From an uncultured Thermoplasmatales archaeon (lineage in GTDB: Archaea > Thermoplasmatota > E2 > UBA202 > DSCA01), in assembly GCA_964514975.1 (NCBI GenBank), contig CAZESS010000001.1, positions 35,736-99,735 on the forward strand: a stretch of DNA of 64,000 bases. Direction: 5' to 3'. This document shows, piece by piece, positions 29,068-40,900 of this stretch. The position numbers and the translations under genes were made by a program. The first letter of the stretch is position 1. Each line of letters opens with the position of its first letter. A model generated the notes under the pieces. The model saw only the letters and a program-made list of their open reading frames with translations. It was not told where the DNA came from and searched no databases.

Positions 29068-32000
29068 ATGAAAGAAAAAATTGTAACCCTACTAACGGTA
29101 AGCTTGCTGATACTCGCTGGTCTGTCTTCACTGGCAGGCGGCCAATCAGCCGCGGACAGCACAGCGCCTGTAGAAGGCGCATCGGTCAATCTAGCTTGGA
29201 CTGATGGCACATACACTGACGGGAACTCTACCTCCACTAACGCTACCGGCTACTATGAAATGAATGTGGCAGAGGGAACCGTAAATATCACGGTGGAACA
29301 TTCAGACACACAGGAGAACGAAACCCTGAATGTCAAAAATTTCACGGGTAACTTCACCGTCGCTGACTGTCCATCCACATACTGGAAAAACATAACGTTG
29401 CCCGCCTTTCCGCAGGACAACGCCACCCTCGTCGGGACCGTCTACGACAATAGCACCGGCGACCCCGTCGAGGCCGATATTAGCATATCATTCACCGGCA
29501 GCTACTTTACCGGCAGCAACAGCACGACCTGCGCCACCGATGGATCCTACAGCATAGATCTTCCTCCATCGGAAGTGACGGTCACCGCCGATGCGACGGG
29601 ATACTATTCAGCGTCCAATACGACTACTATCGGCGAGGAGACGAAAACCCTTAACGTCTATTTGGAACCGGAGCCACCTGAAACAGCCACGGTCAAAGGA
29701 TACGTTACCAACAGCGACAACGGCACAGGCATAGAGAACATGTTTTTGTATTTCTCTAGTCTAAACTCCAGCTATTCCAACTACACGTATAGTAATGCAG
29801 ACGGATACTACGAATGCGACCTTGCTGCAGAAAACTTCAGCATTTCTCCATATCCGGATGAATATTTCTCGAACTCCACTATGTTTGAGCTAAACGACAG
29901 CGAGGTTAAATGGGTTAACATGTCCTTTATTCCGACTCCGCCGGACAACGCCTGGGTGGAAGGACATGTGTATGATAATGCAACCGGTTCACCGCTTGCC
30001 AATGCAGGTGTCTCTGTTTCCGGCTCTTCTCGCCTCGATTTCTATAATTACAGCCACTATTTCAACAACGGAACTATGACTAACAGCAGCGGCTATTACA
30101 ATGTTTCAATCCCGGCTGTCGAAGCAGTTGAACTCTATACTTATTATAAAAATAAAACAGAAATATATTCCATATATGCATATAAAGCCGACTACTTTGA
30201 CAATAGCAGCAGTGGGGACATCATCGAGCCGGGCGGTGTCATGGTCAGAGACATCAATCTGACGGCCAAGCCACCAGAAAACTGCATCGTGAAAGGGTAT
30301 ATCAACCAGAGTGGAGCCCCATCTGGCAATACGCCGCCGTCGGCGTCGTTCACGATTGAGCCGGGTAGTATTTCGACGGGTGAGACGGTTTATTTCAATA
30401 GCACCTCGACGGATAGTGACGGCAGCATCGCGAGCTGGAGCTGGGAGTTCGGCGATGGCTCCACTGCGACGGGTGCGGAGGTGACGCATAGCTACAGCGA
30501 TGATGGCAGCTACACGGTGAATCTGACGGTTGCGGATGATGACGGCGCCAGCGACACTGCCAGTGAGACGGTGACTGTGGGTGCTGATATCTATGTCGAT
30601 GACGATGCTCCTGATAGCTGGTATGACGCCACTCATGTCCACACCATTCAGGAAGGAGTAGATAATGCAACAGCTGGCGATACCATATTAACAGAACCAG
30701 GAGAATATGAGGAAAATATTGATATTTATAGATCAAATATCACGCTCAGGTCAAGCGAGAGTCATGAAGCAGTTATCAATGGCTCGGTAGAGATAACAGC
30801 AGATGGAGTAACCGTTGAAGGTATGAATATAACCAACGCTGATTATTATGAACTCCCTCAGAATTCTGGTACAGTTGGTATTTATGTAAACCAATCAGAG
30901 GATGGCTTTGAGGTTGACTTACGGGACAATAGAATCGCCGGAGCAGATTATGGAATCTATATAAGGGATAAAAACGAGGGGCATGGTGGTTTGGCAACCA
31001 TAGAAGGGAATGACATCACAGATATCGAAGAACACGCTATCTTCTTCCACGCTCATGGAACCTATACAGTTGAACACGTTACCGTAACCAACAACACCAT
31101 TACAGACAGCGTTAAAGGCATAAAGATATACGCATGTGATCAATCCATAATAGAGACTGTAACCGTAGAAAACAATACTTTCAAAGAAGAAAAATCCGAT
31201 AAGGGTCATGCCATCCGTGTACATGCCGGAGGCGGCTGGGAAGCAGATGAATACGGGGGCCGTATAGATGCGGTGACAATTGATAATAACATCGTTATCG
31301 GAGAAATAGACAGTGACCAAGGACATGGAATCCGGGTTCACTCAGGTTATTTGAGTCGTGGCATCGGCAGCGTTGATATAACTGACAACGTGGTTGAATA
31401 CCCTGGAGAGCAGGGAATCAGAGTGCAGTTGCATGGAAACTCTACAGAGGAAGGAGTAACCATCACAGACAACGAAGTAACAGGAAATGACTTTACAAAG
31501 AAGGGCATTCGAGTAGATACTGCCTCTTCTGAGCCTGGTCATATTATTACATTGAAGGATGTAGTTGTTGAGAACAACCTTGTCACCGAAATCGATGGTA
31601 GCGACAAGAACGTTATAGGAATTCGTGTCAAGGCAGGAGGATACGATGACGCTACTCATATTGAAAATGTTAGCGTAATAGGAAACGAGGTTACTGATGG
31701 TGCCGGAGAAGGAATCCGCGTCCAAACAGGAGGAATAGACGAAAACATAAGCACCATGGGGACAGTAATCGTAGAAAACAACACTGTAACCGATAATGAA
31801 GAACGAGGAATCCGTGTCCACGCAGGGGCAGGAAATTATTCGAAATCTTCTCATCCGGACAGTTATCCCACTGGATCTAGTATTGATACGGCAATTGTTG
31901 AAGGTAATATTGTCATTGATAATGGTGTTATCGGAGTTCGGGTCAGTGCAGGTAATAACTCCATTGTTAGCACGGCAACTATCGAAGACAACTACGTCGA

Positions 32001-33930
32001 AGGACACAAGGTAGGAATCTGGGATCGTGCATGTGATGAGGGAATCATTAAATCGTTGACCATCGATGAAAACGAAGTCAAGAAAAACACCGAATTCGGC
32101 ATTTTGCTCGATGACGGGTCTTGGGAATGTCCTAGAAGTGGGAGGACAAATCCTAGTGGCGCTATAGAAAGCGTTAACGTCACAAAAAACATGATTGAAG
32201 GCAATGGAGCGGGTGTTTTTGTTTTTGATATCAATGGAGACACTGAATCAGCAGTCACAATCAACTACAACAACATTAGCAACAACACCTGGGGCATTCA
32301 GGTGCATGAGACCTATCAGGACGACATCGTTGACAACGAGTTCTGGTACAACGGCGACAGTGCCAGCGGAAATGGCGGCGCAATCAATCTCTCTCGGGTC
32401 AACGACACCTATCTCTCCGGAAACACCCTGCGGTACAATTATCACGGCGTATGGATGGAGAACTGCGAGGACAACCTAGTTGAGTACAATGACATCCAAC
32501 AAACGTTGCCCGATTGCGATGGGAGTCCCTCTGAGATTCCCCCAATCGGCGTTGTAATTGTTGAGAGTGACTCCTTCAATGTCATCCAGCACAACAACGT
32601 TTCCAGTTATCCTATTGGAATAGCTTTGGCGGAAACGACGCACGAGAAGGTGAGATACAACGACGTTTCGTTCAACATGTACGGCGTGTTGCTAGCTCAG
32701 ACTAGCCTCAGCAATATCATCGGAAACGAGATATACAGCAACAGCGAAGACGGCGTCCTCTTTCAGGAATCCGACCACAATAACCTGACGGGAAACCACA
32801 TATACGACAACACCATCGGCGTGAACTTCACCACCTCTCCCTACAACAACCTGACCGGCAACGACATATTGAACAACGCCGACAAAGGCATCCACCTGTA
32901 TATGGGTTCCAGCTACAACAACCTCACCGAAAACTATGTGGCTGACAACAACTACGGCATCTACCTCGAGGGCTCATCGACCACACTCCCCGAAAATATC
33001 ACCATCCGCGACTGCGTTGCATCCGGCAACGCAGAGCACGACTTCTTTGCCACCGACCATACAGTCAACACGACGGTCACCAACCTCACCGTGTCCAGCT
33101 ATCCGACATCGGTTGATTTCACCTATGGATATGGCATCGCACTGAAGGGTGTTGCGCATGCAGAGCTGCATCCCAATCCTGGCTACGCTGACATCGGCAA
33201 GTTCTTGAATATCACCAACGTGACCGCGACCTCGTGGATCAACATCAGCATCCATTACGAGGAGGACGACCTCGACCAAACGGATGAGGATACGCTGATG
33301 CTCCATCGGCTGAACGATACATCATGGGAGCTAGCGAATCCGGACTACGAGATGGTCAACACGGCTGACAACTATCTGCGGGCCAACCTATCCGAGTTCA
33401 GCATCTTCGGCGTGTTCGGTGATTTCACCCGGTACTGGATGAACCTGTCGGAGGGCTGGAACATGGTCACGCTGCCGGTGTGGAACAGCAGCTTCGTCAA
33501 TGCGCAGGATCTCGGCGAATGGATACCGGATTGCACGATGGTATCCCGGTGGAACCCCCAGGAGCAGATGTATGTCACCCATGTGGTTGGCTATGGATCA
33601 GGCTTCAACCTGGTGAACGGCTCGGGCTACTTTGTATATGTGACCGCGGATGTGTCAAAGGAATACACGGGCATGGGGCAGGCAACGGCGAACCTGACCG
33701 TGATGGACGGCTACAACCTGCTCGGCTGGACGCAGACGATCGATACCAACGCTTCTGCATTGCTGGCATCGATCGAGAACTGCCTGAAGCTCGGCATGTA
33801 TGACCCGGAAGATGGATGGCTGCCGCAGTATTTCGCTGGGTCGCCTGCACCGCTGAACTTCGAGGTCGTGGCGGGTGACGGCGTGTTCGTGTACGTCACC
33901 ACGGGCAGCAGCACCTGGAACGGCAGCTAG
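29068..33930 (+). CDS. Large secreted surface glycoprotein: carboxypeptidase-regulatory-like repeats, PKD domain, right-handed beta-helix, shared C-terminal domains
   Basis: Signal peptide; three G.VY/VT..TG..NG.Y repeats; PKD (WSWEFGDG, HSYSDDGSYTVNLTV); many N/GI beta-helix coils; abundant N-x-S/T sequons. Confidence 0.9.
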   Translation: MKEKIVTLLTVSLLILAGLSSLAGGQSAADSTAPVEGASVNLAWTDGTYTDGNSTSTNATGYYEMNVAEGTVNITVEHSDTQENETLNVKNFTGNFTVADCPSTYWKNITLPAFPQDNATLVGTVYDNSTGDPVEADISISFTGSYFTGSNSTTCATDGSYSIDLPPSEVTVTADATGYYSASNTTTIGEETKTLNVYLEPEPPETATVKGYVTNSDNGTGIENMFLYFSSLNSSYSNYTYSNADGYYECDLAAENFSISPYPDEYFSNSTMFELNDSEVKWVNMSFIPTPPDNAWVEGHVYDNATGSPLANAGVSVSGSSRLDFYNYSHYFNNGTMTNSSGYYNVSIPAVEAVELYTYYKNKTEIYSIYAYKADYFDNSSSGDIIEPGGVMVRDINLTAKPPENCIVKGYINQSGAPSGNTPPSASFTIEPGSISTGETVYFNSTSTDSDGSIASWSWEFGDGSTATGAEVTHSYSDDGSYTVNLTVADDDGASDTASETVTVGADIYVDDDAPDSWYDATHVHTIQEGVDNATAGDTILTEPGEYEENIDIYRSNITLRSSESHEAVINGSVEITADGVTVEGMNITNADYYELPQNSGTVGIYVNQSEDGFEVDLRDNRIAGADYGIYIRDKNEGHGGLATIEGNDITDIEEHAIFFHAHGTYTVEHVTVTNNTITDSVKGIKIYACDQSIIETVTVENNTFKEEKSDKGHAIRVHAGGGWEADEYGGRIDAVTIDNNIVIGEIDSDQGHGIRVHSGYLSRGIGSVDITDNVVEYPGEQGIRVQLHGNSTEEGVTITDNEVTGNDFTKKGIRVDTASSEPGHIITLKDVVVENNLVTEIDGSDKNVIGIRVKAGGYDDATHIENVSVIGNEVTDGAGEGIRVQTGGIDENISTMGTVIVENNTVTDNEERGIRVHAGAGNYSKSSHPDSYPTGSSIDTAIVEGNIVIDNGVIGVRVSAGNNSIVSTATIEDNYVEGHKVGIWDRACDEGIIKSLTIDENEVKKNTEFGILLDDGSWECPRSGRTNPSGAIESVNVTKNMIEGNGAGVFVFDINGDTESAVTINYNNISNNTWGIQVHETYQDDIVDNEFWYNGDSASGNGGAINLSRVNDTYLSGNTLRYNYHGVWMENCEDNLVEYNDIQQTLPDCDGSPSEIPPIGVVIVESDSFNVIQHNNVSSYPIGIALAETTHEKVRYNDVSFNMYGVLLAQTSLSNIIGNEIYSNSEDGVLFQESDHNNLTGNHIYDNTIGVNFTTSPYNNLTGNDILNNADKGIHLYMGSSYNNLTENYVADNNYGIYLEGSSTTLPENITIRDCVASGNAEHDFFATDHTVNTTVTNLTVSSYPTSVDFTYGYGIALKGVAHAELHPNPGYADIGKFLNITNVTATSWINISIHYEEDDLDQTDEDTLMLHRLNDTSWELANPDYEMVNTADNYLRANLSEFSIFGVFGDFTRYWMNLSEGWNMVTLPVWNSSFVNAQDLGEWIPDCTMVSRWNPQEQMYVTHVVGYGSGFNLVNGSGYFVYVTADVSKEYTGMGQATANLTVMDGYNLLGWTQTIDTNASALLASIENCLKLGMYDPEDGWLPQYFAGSPAPLNFEVVAGDGVFVYVTTGSSTWNGS
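33079..33930 (+). repeat. 852-bp C-terminal cassette, copy 1
   Basis: Near-identical and same length as 36871-37722 and 43447-44298; encodes NLTVSSYPTS...WNG(S/T)*. Confidence 0.95.
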
Positions 33931-33940
33931 CCCTCCCGCC

Positions 33941-33972
33941 ACTTTTTCCCTCTTTTTTTCTGTGTTTTTATT
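33941..33972 (+). terminator. Pyrimidine/oligo-T tract, probable archaeal terminator
   Basis: acttttcc..ttttttt..ttttt directly after the stop codon. Confidence 0.5.
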
Positions 33973-34044
33973 GCAGAGTTAGGAAATTTTAAATACAGAA
34001 TCCGGGTTTATTCTTCACTCCATCGTAGGTAGGAGGCACAGATT

Positions 34045-37000
34045 ATGAAAGCAAGACATGCATATATCTTGGGAATTGTGGGAATAGCCGTGTTCATCGG
34101 AGTTATGGCGATGAACGCCGACGCAAGCGGAACCGAAGTCATATATTCAGATGACTTTGAGGCAGATGACGGTGGTTGGACCCCGTGGGCCAACTGGGAT
34201 CCGGTTGGTGACTGGGAATGGACAGACACCTATGATGTCAGTAGTTATGCCGGTAGCCATAATCCGCCGACCGTGGCGCATTCCGGTGATGGTCTCTGGG
34301 GCACCGTGCTCTATGACGACTACACAAACTCCGGTGGCGAGACATACATCAGCAAGACCTTTGACTTTTCCGGCTATTCCAATGTAAACATGACCTTCTG
34401 GTACTGGAGCGACCTCTTCGGCACATGGGACTATGCAAAGCTATATGTCAACGGTGTAGAAGTCTGGTATGTTGACACCCAGCCCGGTACGGCCTGGGAG
34501 CAGGCGGCCATCGACCTGTCCCCGTGGGACTACATGTCAGATGTCAACGTGACCTTCGAGGTGCATGCTAGCACCGTGGTGAACTATGCCGGCCTGTACA
34601 TTGACGATTTCAATCTGACCGGTGTTCTATCACGCTATGTGGACGATGACTTCGATGCCGCCACGCCGGGCTGGGGCACGACACATTTCGACAGCATACA
34701 GGATGCCATCGATGCTGCCGGCGAGGGCTGCACCATCTATGTCTGGGATGGCCTCTACAATGAGACCAACATCCATGTCGATAAGACCCTGACTATTATC
34801 GGAAACACCACCGTTGATGCGATGACCGGCGCCGTATCGTGCAACACCAATGTCAACTACACCGACAAGGGTTTCATCGTTAAGGCGGACCATGTCAACA
34901 TCTCGGGTTTCAACCTGACCAATAACGGCGTTATCGCTGGGTGTAGAGGCGTGCTGGTCAATCATTCCAGCCACTGTAATATCTCGGGTAACATTATCCA
35001 GGAGGACTATGATGGCATCAAGCTCAACCACTCGGATGACAACATCGTGTACAACAACATCATCCGCAACCAGTCGATGTATGGCATCTGGCTGAACAAT
35101 GCCAGCAACAACGTGGTCAACTCGAACGGCATCTACAACAATTATATCGGCGTTTTCTATCAGCCAGAGATGATGTATCAGGTCATGCCCGCCTGCTGGA
35201 ATACAATTGTGGGGAACAATATATCTCACAACGGCTGGGGCATCGAGATGTTCGGGACATATGAGGATGACATCCTGAGCAACACGTTCTGGTACAACGG
35301 GGAGATATCTGGAGGAAAGACACGTGAAAACGGTGGCCCTGCCGATGGCGGTGCAATCCATCTCCTTATGGCAAATGATACATACATCTCGGGCAATCAC
35401 ATGAAATACAATTTTCAGGGCATCTGGATGGAGAACTGCGATGATAATGTGGTGGAGCACAACGAAATCAACCAGTCCATGATCATTCCCAACGGAAATG
35501 GTAGGTCCTACCATATCTATGTCGAGGGCAAAGAGGGATGGACGCTGGTTGAAACGCTCCATCTTTCTCGCAACTATGAACGAACGACGGTTACGCTTCC
35601 ATCCGGAGCAGGCGAATACCGTGTCCGTATCGTGCAGTCCGGCGGCGTGGCAGCTCATGTTGACCAGATGGTGCTGCTTGACGGTGAAACGGTTGTCCCC
35701 GTGTCTGCTGTCTGCGACGGAAGCGACATCGTAGAAAAGCTGTATGCCGTTGATAACGACGTGGCAGATATCTGGGAACGGACAATCGAGCTGACCTGGC
35801 AGGGCACTTTTGTCTCTCCAACACTGCTGCTGGTGGCGAACGAGGAACAGCCAGCCTATATTTCGCCCATCCGTACACCCTCTATTATGCATCCCACTCT
35901 GATGGAGTTGTACACGCTGGAGGACAGTGGTGCTATAATGGTGGACGGCGAGCCCGATGACCTTGCGGTGCCTGATTTTTCCGATTACTGGGCACCGACC
36001 AGTGGTCACCCTGCCGGAGACACGTTGGTGTGGCTTCGGTCTGATGGCGAGTATCTTTATGGAGCGATGGAGGTAACCGCGGATAACACCTATGACATGA
36101 CGGGCTGGGGTTCACTCTACATCGCGACCGATAATGTTGTGCGGGAGTTCCGAGTCGATGCATCCGATGAATCCTACGGCGTTGGTGGTTTTGTATACAC
36201 CGACACCGTCGGCTGGCAGCACATGCTCTACGAGTTCCAGATACCGCTGGCGGACATCGATGCCTCCATCGGCGACACCATCCGGGTTGGCTACGGTAGC
36301 TACGGGACCCTTGGGGGTATGCCCGCAGGTGTGCAGATCGATGGCATGGACGGCGATGGCTCCTACAACGTTATCCAGTACAACAATATTTCAGGATATA
36401 ACTCGGGCATATATCTTGTCCACACGGACCATGAAGAAGTTTGGTACAACAACATCTCATCCAATGGATATGGGGTATACATAGATAACACCTGGTATAG
36501 CAACGTGACATGCAACCACATCTATAGCAACGGCGACGGTATCTATGCTTACTATGCAGAATACAACAATATCACCGGGAATGATATTGATAACAACCAC
36601 CATGGGGTTGGCCTGACATATTATAGCAGGAACAACAATATCGCGGGCAACAATATACAGGATAACACCAACTGGGGTATTGCTCTCCATCCATATGCCG
36701 ACAACAACCATGTAATCGACAACGACATAGCAGCCAACCGCTATGGCATCTACATATCCGGGAATTCCCCCTCTTTTGCACCCGATGGCAATACCATCCT
36801 CGACTGCAGAGCCAGCACCAACACCATGTATGACTTTTACGCAACAAACTACACCTATAACACCGTCGTAACCAACCTCACCGTGTCCAGCTATCCGACA
36901 TCGGTTGATTTCATCTATGGCGACGGCATCGCGTTGAAGGGTGTTGCGCATGCAGAGCTGGCGTTGAATCCGGGCTATGCCGCCATTGACAAGTTCTTGA

Positions 37001-37722
37001 ACATCACCAACGTGACCGCGACCTCGTGGATTAACATCACCATTTATTACGAGCAGGATGACGTTAGCGAGACCGATGAGGATACGCTGGCGTTGCAGCG
37101 GCTGAACGGTACAGCCTGGGAGATGGCGTCTCCGGACTACGAGATGGTCAACATATGTGAAAACTATCTGCGGGCCAACCTATCCGAGTTCAGCATTTTT
37201 GGCGTGTTCGGCAACTTCTCCCGGTACTGGATGAACCTGTCGGAGGGCTGGAACATGGTATCGTTGCCGGTGTGGAACAGCAGCTTCGTCAATGCGCAGG
37301 ATCTCGGCGAATGGATACCGGATTGCACGATGGTGTCCCGGTGGAACCCCCAGGAGCAGATGTATGTGACCCATGTTGTTGGCTATGGTTCCGGCTTCCA
37401 ACTGGTGAACGGCTCGGGCTATTTTGTATATGTGACCGCGGACGTGTCAAAGGAATACACGGGCATGGGGCAGGCAATGGTGAACCTGACGGTGATGGAC
37501 GGCTACAATTTGCTCGGTTGGACGCAGACGATCGATACCAATGCATCTGTGTTGCTGGCATCGATCGAGAACTGCCTGAAGCTCGGCATGTATGACCCCT
37601 CGCTTGGATGGCTGCCGCAGTATTTCGCTGGGTCGCCTGCACCGCTGAACTTCGAGGTCGTGGCGGGCGACGGCGTGTTCGTGTACGTCACCACGGGCAG
37701 CAGCGCCTGGAACGGAACCTAG
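34045..37722 (+). CDS. Large secreted surface glycoprotein: N-terminal jelly-roll (MAM-like) domain, beta-helix with inserted domain, shared C-terminus
   Basis: Signal peptide; DDFE...W...AHSG...FDFS...IDD jelly-roll pattern; NosD-like coils; GGAGG RBS. Confidence 0.9.
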   Translation: MKARHAYILGIVGIAVFIGVMAMNADASGTEVIYSDDFEADDGGWTPWANWDPVGDWEWTDTYDVSSYAGSHNPPTVAHSGDGLWGTVLYDDYTNSGGETYISKTFDFSGYSNVNMTFWYWSDLFGTWDYAKLYVNGVEVWYVDTQPGTAWEQAAIDLSPWDYMSDVNVTFEVHASTVVNYAGLYIDDFNLTGVLSRYVDDDFDAATPGWGTTHFDSIQDAIDAAGEGCTIYVWDGLYNETNIHVDKTLTIIGNTTVDAMTGAVSCNTNVNYTDKGFIVKADHVNISGFNLTNNGVIAGCRGVLVNHSSHCNISGNIIQEDYDGIKLNHSDDNIVYNNIIRNQSMYGIWLNNASNNVVNSNGIYNNYIGVFYQPEMMYQVMPACWNTIVGNNISHNGWGIEMFGTYEDDILSNTFWYNGEISGGKTRENGGPADGGAIHLLMANDTYISGNHMKYNFQGIWMENCDDNVVEHNEINQSMIIPNGNGRSYHIYVEGKEGWTLVETLHLSRNYERTTVTLPSGAGEYRVRIVQSGGVAAHVDQMVLLDGETVVPVSAVCDGSDIVEKLYAVDNDVADIWERTIELTWQGTFVSPTLLLVANEEQPAYISPIRTPSIMHPTLMELYTLEDSGAIMVDGEPDDLAVPDFSDYWAPTSGHPAGDTLVWLRSDGEYLYGAMEVTADNTYDMTGWGSLYIATDNVVREFRVDASDESYGVGGFVYTDTVGWQHMLYEFQIPLADIDASIGDTIRVGYGSYGTLGGMPAGVQIDGMDGDGSYNVIQYNNISGYNSGIYLVHTDHEEVWYNNISSNGYGVYIDNTWYSNVTCNHIYSNGDGIYAYYAEYNNITGNDIDNNHHGVGLTYYSRNNNIAGNNIQDNTNWGIALHPYADNNHVIDNDIAANRYGIYISGNSPSFAPDGNTILDCRASTNTMYDFYATNYTYNTVVTNLTVSSYPTSVDFIYGDGIALKGVAHAELALNPGYAAIDKFLNITNVTATSWINITIYYEQDDVSETDEDTLALQRLNGTAWEMASPDYEMVNICENYLRANLSEFSIFGVFGNFSRYWMNLSEGWNMVSLPVWNSSFVNAQDLGEWIPDCTMVSRWNPQEQMYVTHVVGYGSGFQLVNGSGYFVYVTADVSKEYTGMGQAMVNLTVMDGYNLLGWTQTIDTNASVLLASIENCLKLGMYDPSLGWLPQYFAGSPAPLNFEVVAGDGVFVYVTTGSSAWNGT
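36871..37722 (+). repeat. 852-bp C-terminal cassette, copy 2
   Basis: Same-length direct repeat; more diverged in its 5' third. Confidence 0.95.
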
Positions 37723-37950
37723 CCCCTTCCCCCCTCTCCTTTTCCCGTTTTTCTCTCATATTTAAACAGGTAAAAGGCCAGATGGTGGTGAATACTATCC
37801 GCCTGAAAAACGTTTGCCCCTGTGTTTTATAGCCATTATGTCCTGTATGGCATCTTTCGAGAGTATTTAGATAGGTTTTTATACTATGCACTTGTTATAA
37901 TGTAATTCCATAAACCATGGATATGTATAGGATATAGGAGGAATAAAACC

Positions 37951-40900
37951 ATGAAACGAACAACACATATTTTAGCGATAGCGGGAGTAGTGGCGGTGGC
38001 GGCCCTGGCAGTGATGGCGTTTGGCGCCACGCAGGCAGATGCAGAAACCATAAATGTACCAAGTGACTATTCCGCCATACAGCAAGCAATAGACAATGCC
38101 ACCAGTGACGACACCATTGACATCGCCAGTGGATATACGCATGATGGGACAAGGATTATCGTCGACAAGGATTTGACCATCGAGGGCAACAACGCGGTGA
38201 TAGATGCAGGGATAGATATTGAAAGCGGCGCTGACGTCGTCATCAATAATCTCACCATCCAGGATCTCTCTACCGCAGATACCTCATCGTGGTCGGGTCT
38301 TTCAACAGCGGGCTCTGAATGGATTGTGGTCGGTGTGCGAAGCGGAACACTGACAGCGACCAACCTGGACATAACGCAGACAAACACTCTTTCAGCACAA
38401 TATGTTAACCTGGTCGGCATTTCAGTCCAAAACGGCGAGGAGATGACGTTGAACGATTCCACCTTCGATCTTACCAATGTAAACTATAGTCTGACGTACG
38501 GTGTCTATGCTCAGCAGGGGGCGACTGGTGTATCTCTTAATGATAACACATTTAACTTGTGGAGCGAGAGACGGACAATGTTTATCGGAACGGAGTTCTA
38601 TGCAACCGGGGAGCAGGTTCCGATACAGATGACGAACAATGTGTTCAATGCGGCCGGCTCTGATTTTGGATACTGGCTGCAGGTTTTCAGTGGTTCGTCA
38701 ATCACCAGGGAAATGGTAAATAACTACATTGATGGCAACCTGACCGCCGGGAGAATCTCGCATGTGTATCTTGGAGGATGGTATGACTATATCTCCGGAG
38801 GACCATGTGACGCTATTATCTACGACGGACAGTCAATACAGACCGCCATTGATGAAGCAAGCCCCGGCCATACAATCTGCGTTGCAGCGGGAACGTACAC
38901 CGAAAACATTGTCATCCCAAAGCCTCTAGTTTTAAAGGGTCCCAATGCTGGTATTGACCCAAATACAGGTAATCGTGTTGCAGAAGCAAACATTACTGCT
39001 AAAATTACTGTAGACGCAAACGATGTGAGCATACTGGGATTCAATATCAGTGACTCTACAGCGATGGATTTCTACAATGGCAACTTGGATAATCTGACGA
39101 TTTCCTGGAATTATATCATCGGGATGAATGATGGAATACAGGTGAACTATTTTGAATGGAGCGGCACGAGCTATGATTCACATAATGTAACCATCAGCCA
39201 CAATTACATCGGTGATATGACGGGAACAGCAACGAGGAGTCCATTTTATATTGGTGGGCTTGTCAGCTCTGATATCTCGTACAACACATTTTCAAATACA
39301 TTGTGGGGCGGGATACAGTTAGCTGGTTGTAGCGACCTGGATTTCACCTATAATAGGTTCGTGAATATTACGGAGAAGAAAAGCTACTGGGTCCAGTTCA
39401 CAAAAGATAATGAAAACGTTAGGATACTGTACAATACCGGCATCAACACGACCGGAGGAGTGAAATTGTATGGTAATGATCAAACGGATTACCATATCGA
39501 TTTTGAAATCGCACACAATACGTTTAACTCTCTCGTTCCACCAGATTCTGGGACAGGGAGCCACCAGGAGCCCCATATCACAGTTTGGGACTTCTACGGA
39601 GCTTACGCAGATGGGTTGGATATACATGATAATAAGATAAACCAAGAACTCGATAACCTCATCGCTGGTACGTCATCCACCTCTGCGATGGCATTCTTTG
39701 GTGTTCTGGACGATATAACGGTACAGAACAATAATTTGACAGTGACAGGGTCCCTTGCCTCTGCTTCAAATTACTATGGGATGTATATCCGTGGGGGGCC
39801 CAAGAGTTACACCATCCAAGGGAACTCATTCATTGGTTCCTCAGCAGATGGTACGATGGGCATTAAACTGGCTATCAATGAGCATCCTGCATATACTGGA
39901 TACGCTAGCGACGGGACAACCGTTTTAATACCATGGTCGCCGTCAGATACTGATATTCAGATTACTCAGAATGCGTTCGATGCATTTGACTACGGGCTGA
40001 AATTCTTCCGAAATTATCCGCAGGAAGACGGCCTGGTGGCAGGTGCTACGGTTGATGTCAACTATAATACAATACAGAACAGTGTTACTGCCGGCATAAG
40101 CAATGCAGGCGGCCAGCAAATTGTGGATGCCACTTACAACTGGTGGGGTCATCCATCCGGGCCGAACCATACCAGCAATCCGTCGAAGGACAACGGCATG
40201 GGCGACAACGTGAGCGACAACGTCCACTTCTCGCCGTGGCTCAACGCGCCGTATCCTGGCGGCAAGGCCATCGACTACTGGAACCCCATTTCTGTTGATG
40301 GCGAGGCAGACATTAACGAAAAAGCGAACGCAGACACCACGGTAAATATCACGACCACCGAAGAGCAAAACGTTACCGTCCAGAACTATGTGGGCGACCC
40401 CCAACCCGGTGCAGGCTCCCCGCAGGGTATCGGTCCTATCGGCAAATACGTCAATGTATCCGTCGAGAACGAAACAGCGGTTGAATGGCCGGTGAACATC
40501 ACCATATACTACACTCAGGCGGATCTCGATGCGGCTGGCATCCCCGAGACGATGCTGGCGGCGATGCTCTACTACAACGAGACATCCGGTGATTGGGAGG
40601 CATACAACGATACCGGCGTCAACACCACGTATTCCGAGGACGGATACGAGGGCTACGTCTGGGCGAACGCCTGGAACAGCGACCAGCTTTCGCCGAAAGC
40701 CCAGAGCGGCTTTACCGATGTGTGGGTGGACGATGACCAAGATCCGAGCTGGTATGACACCCGGCATGTCAGGACCATCCAGGAGGGCATCGGCAACGTC
40801 ACCGAGGGCGGCACCGTCCATGTCTGGGATGGCCTGTACAGAGGGACCAACATCCTTGTTGACAAGAGCGTTGACATCATCGGCAACACATCGGTCGACG

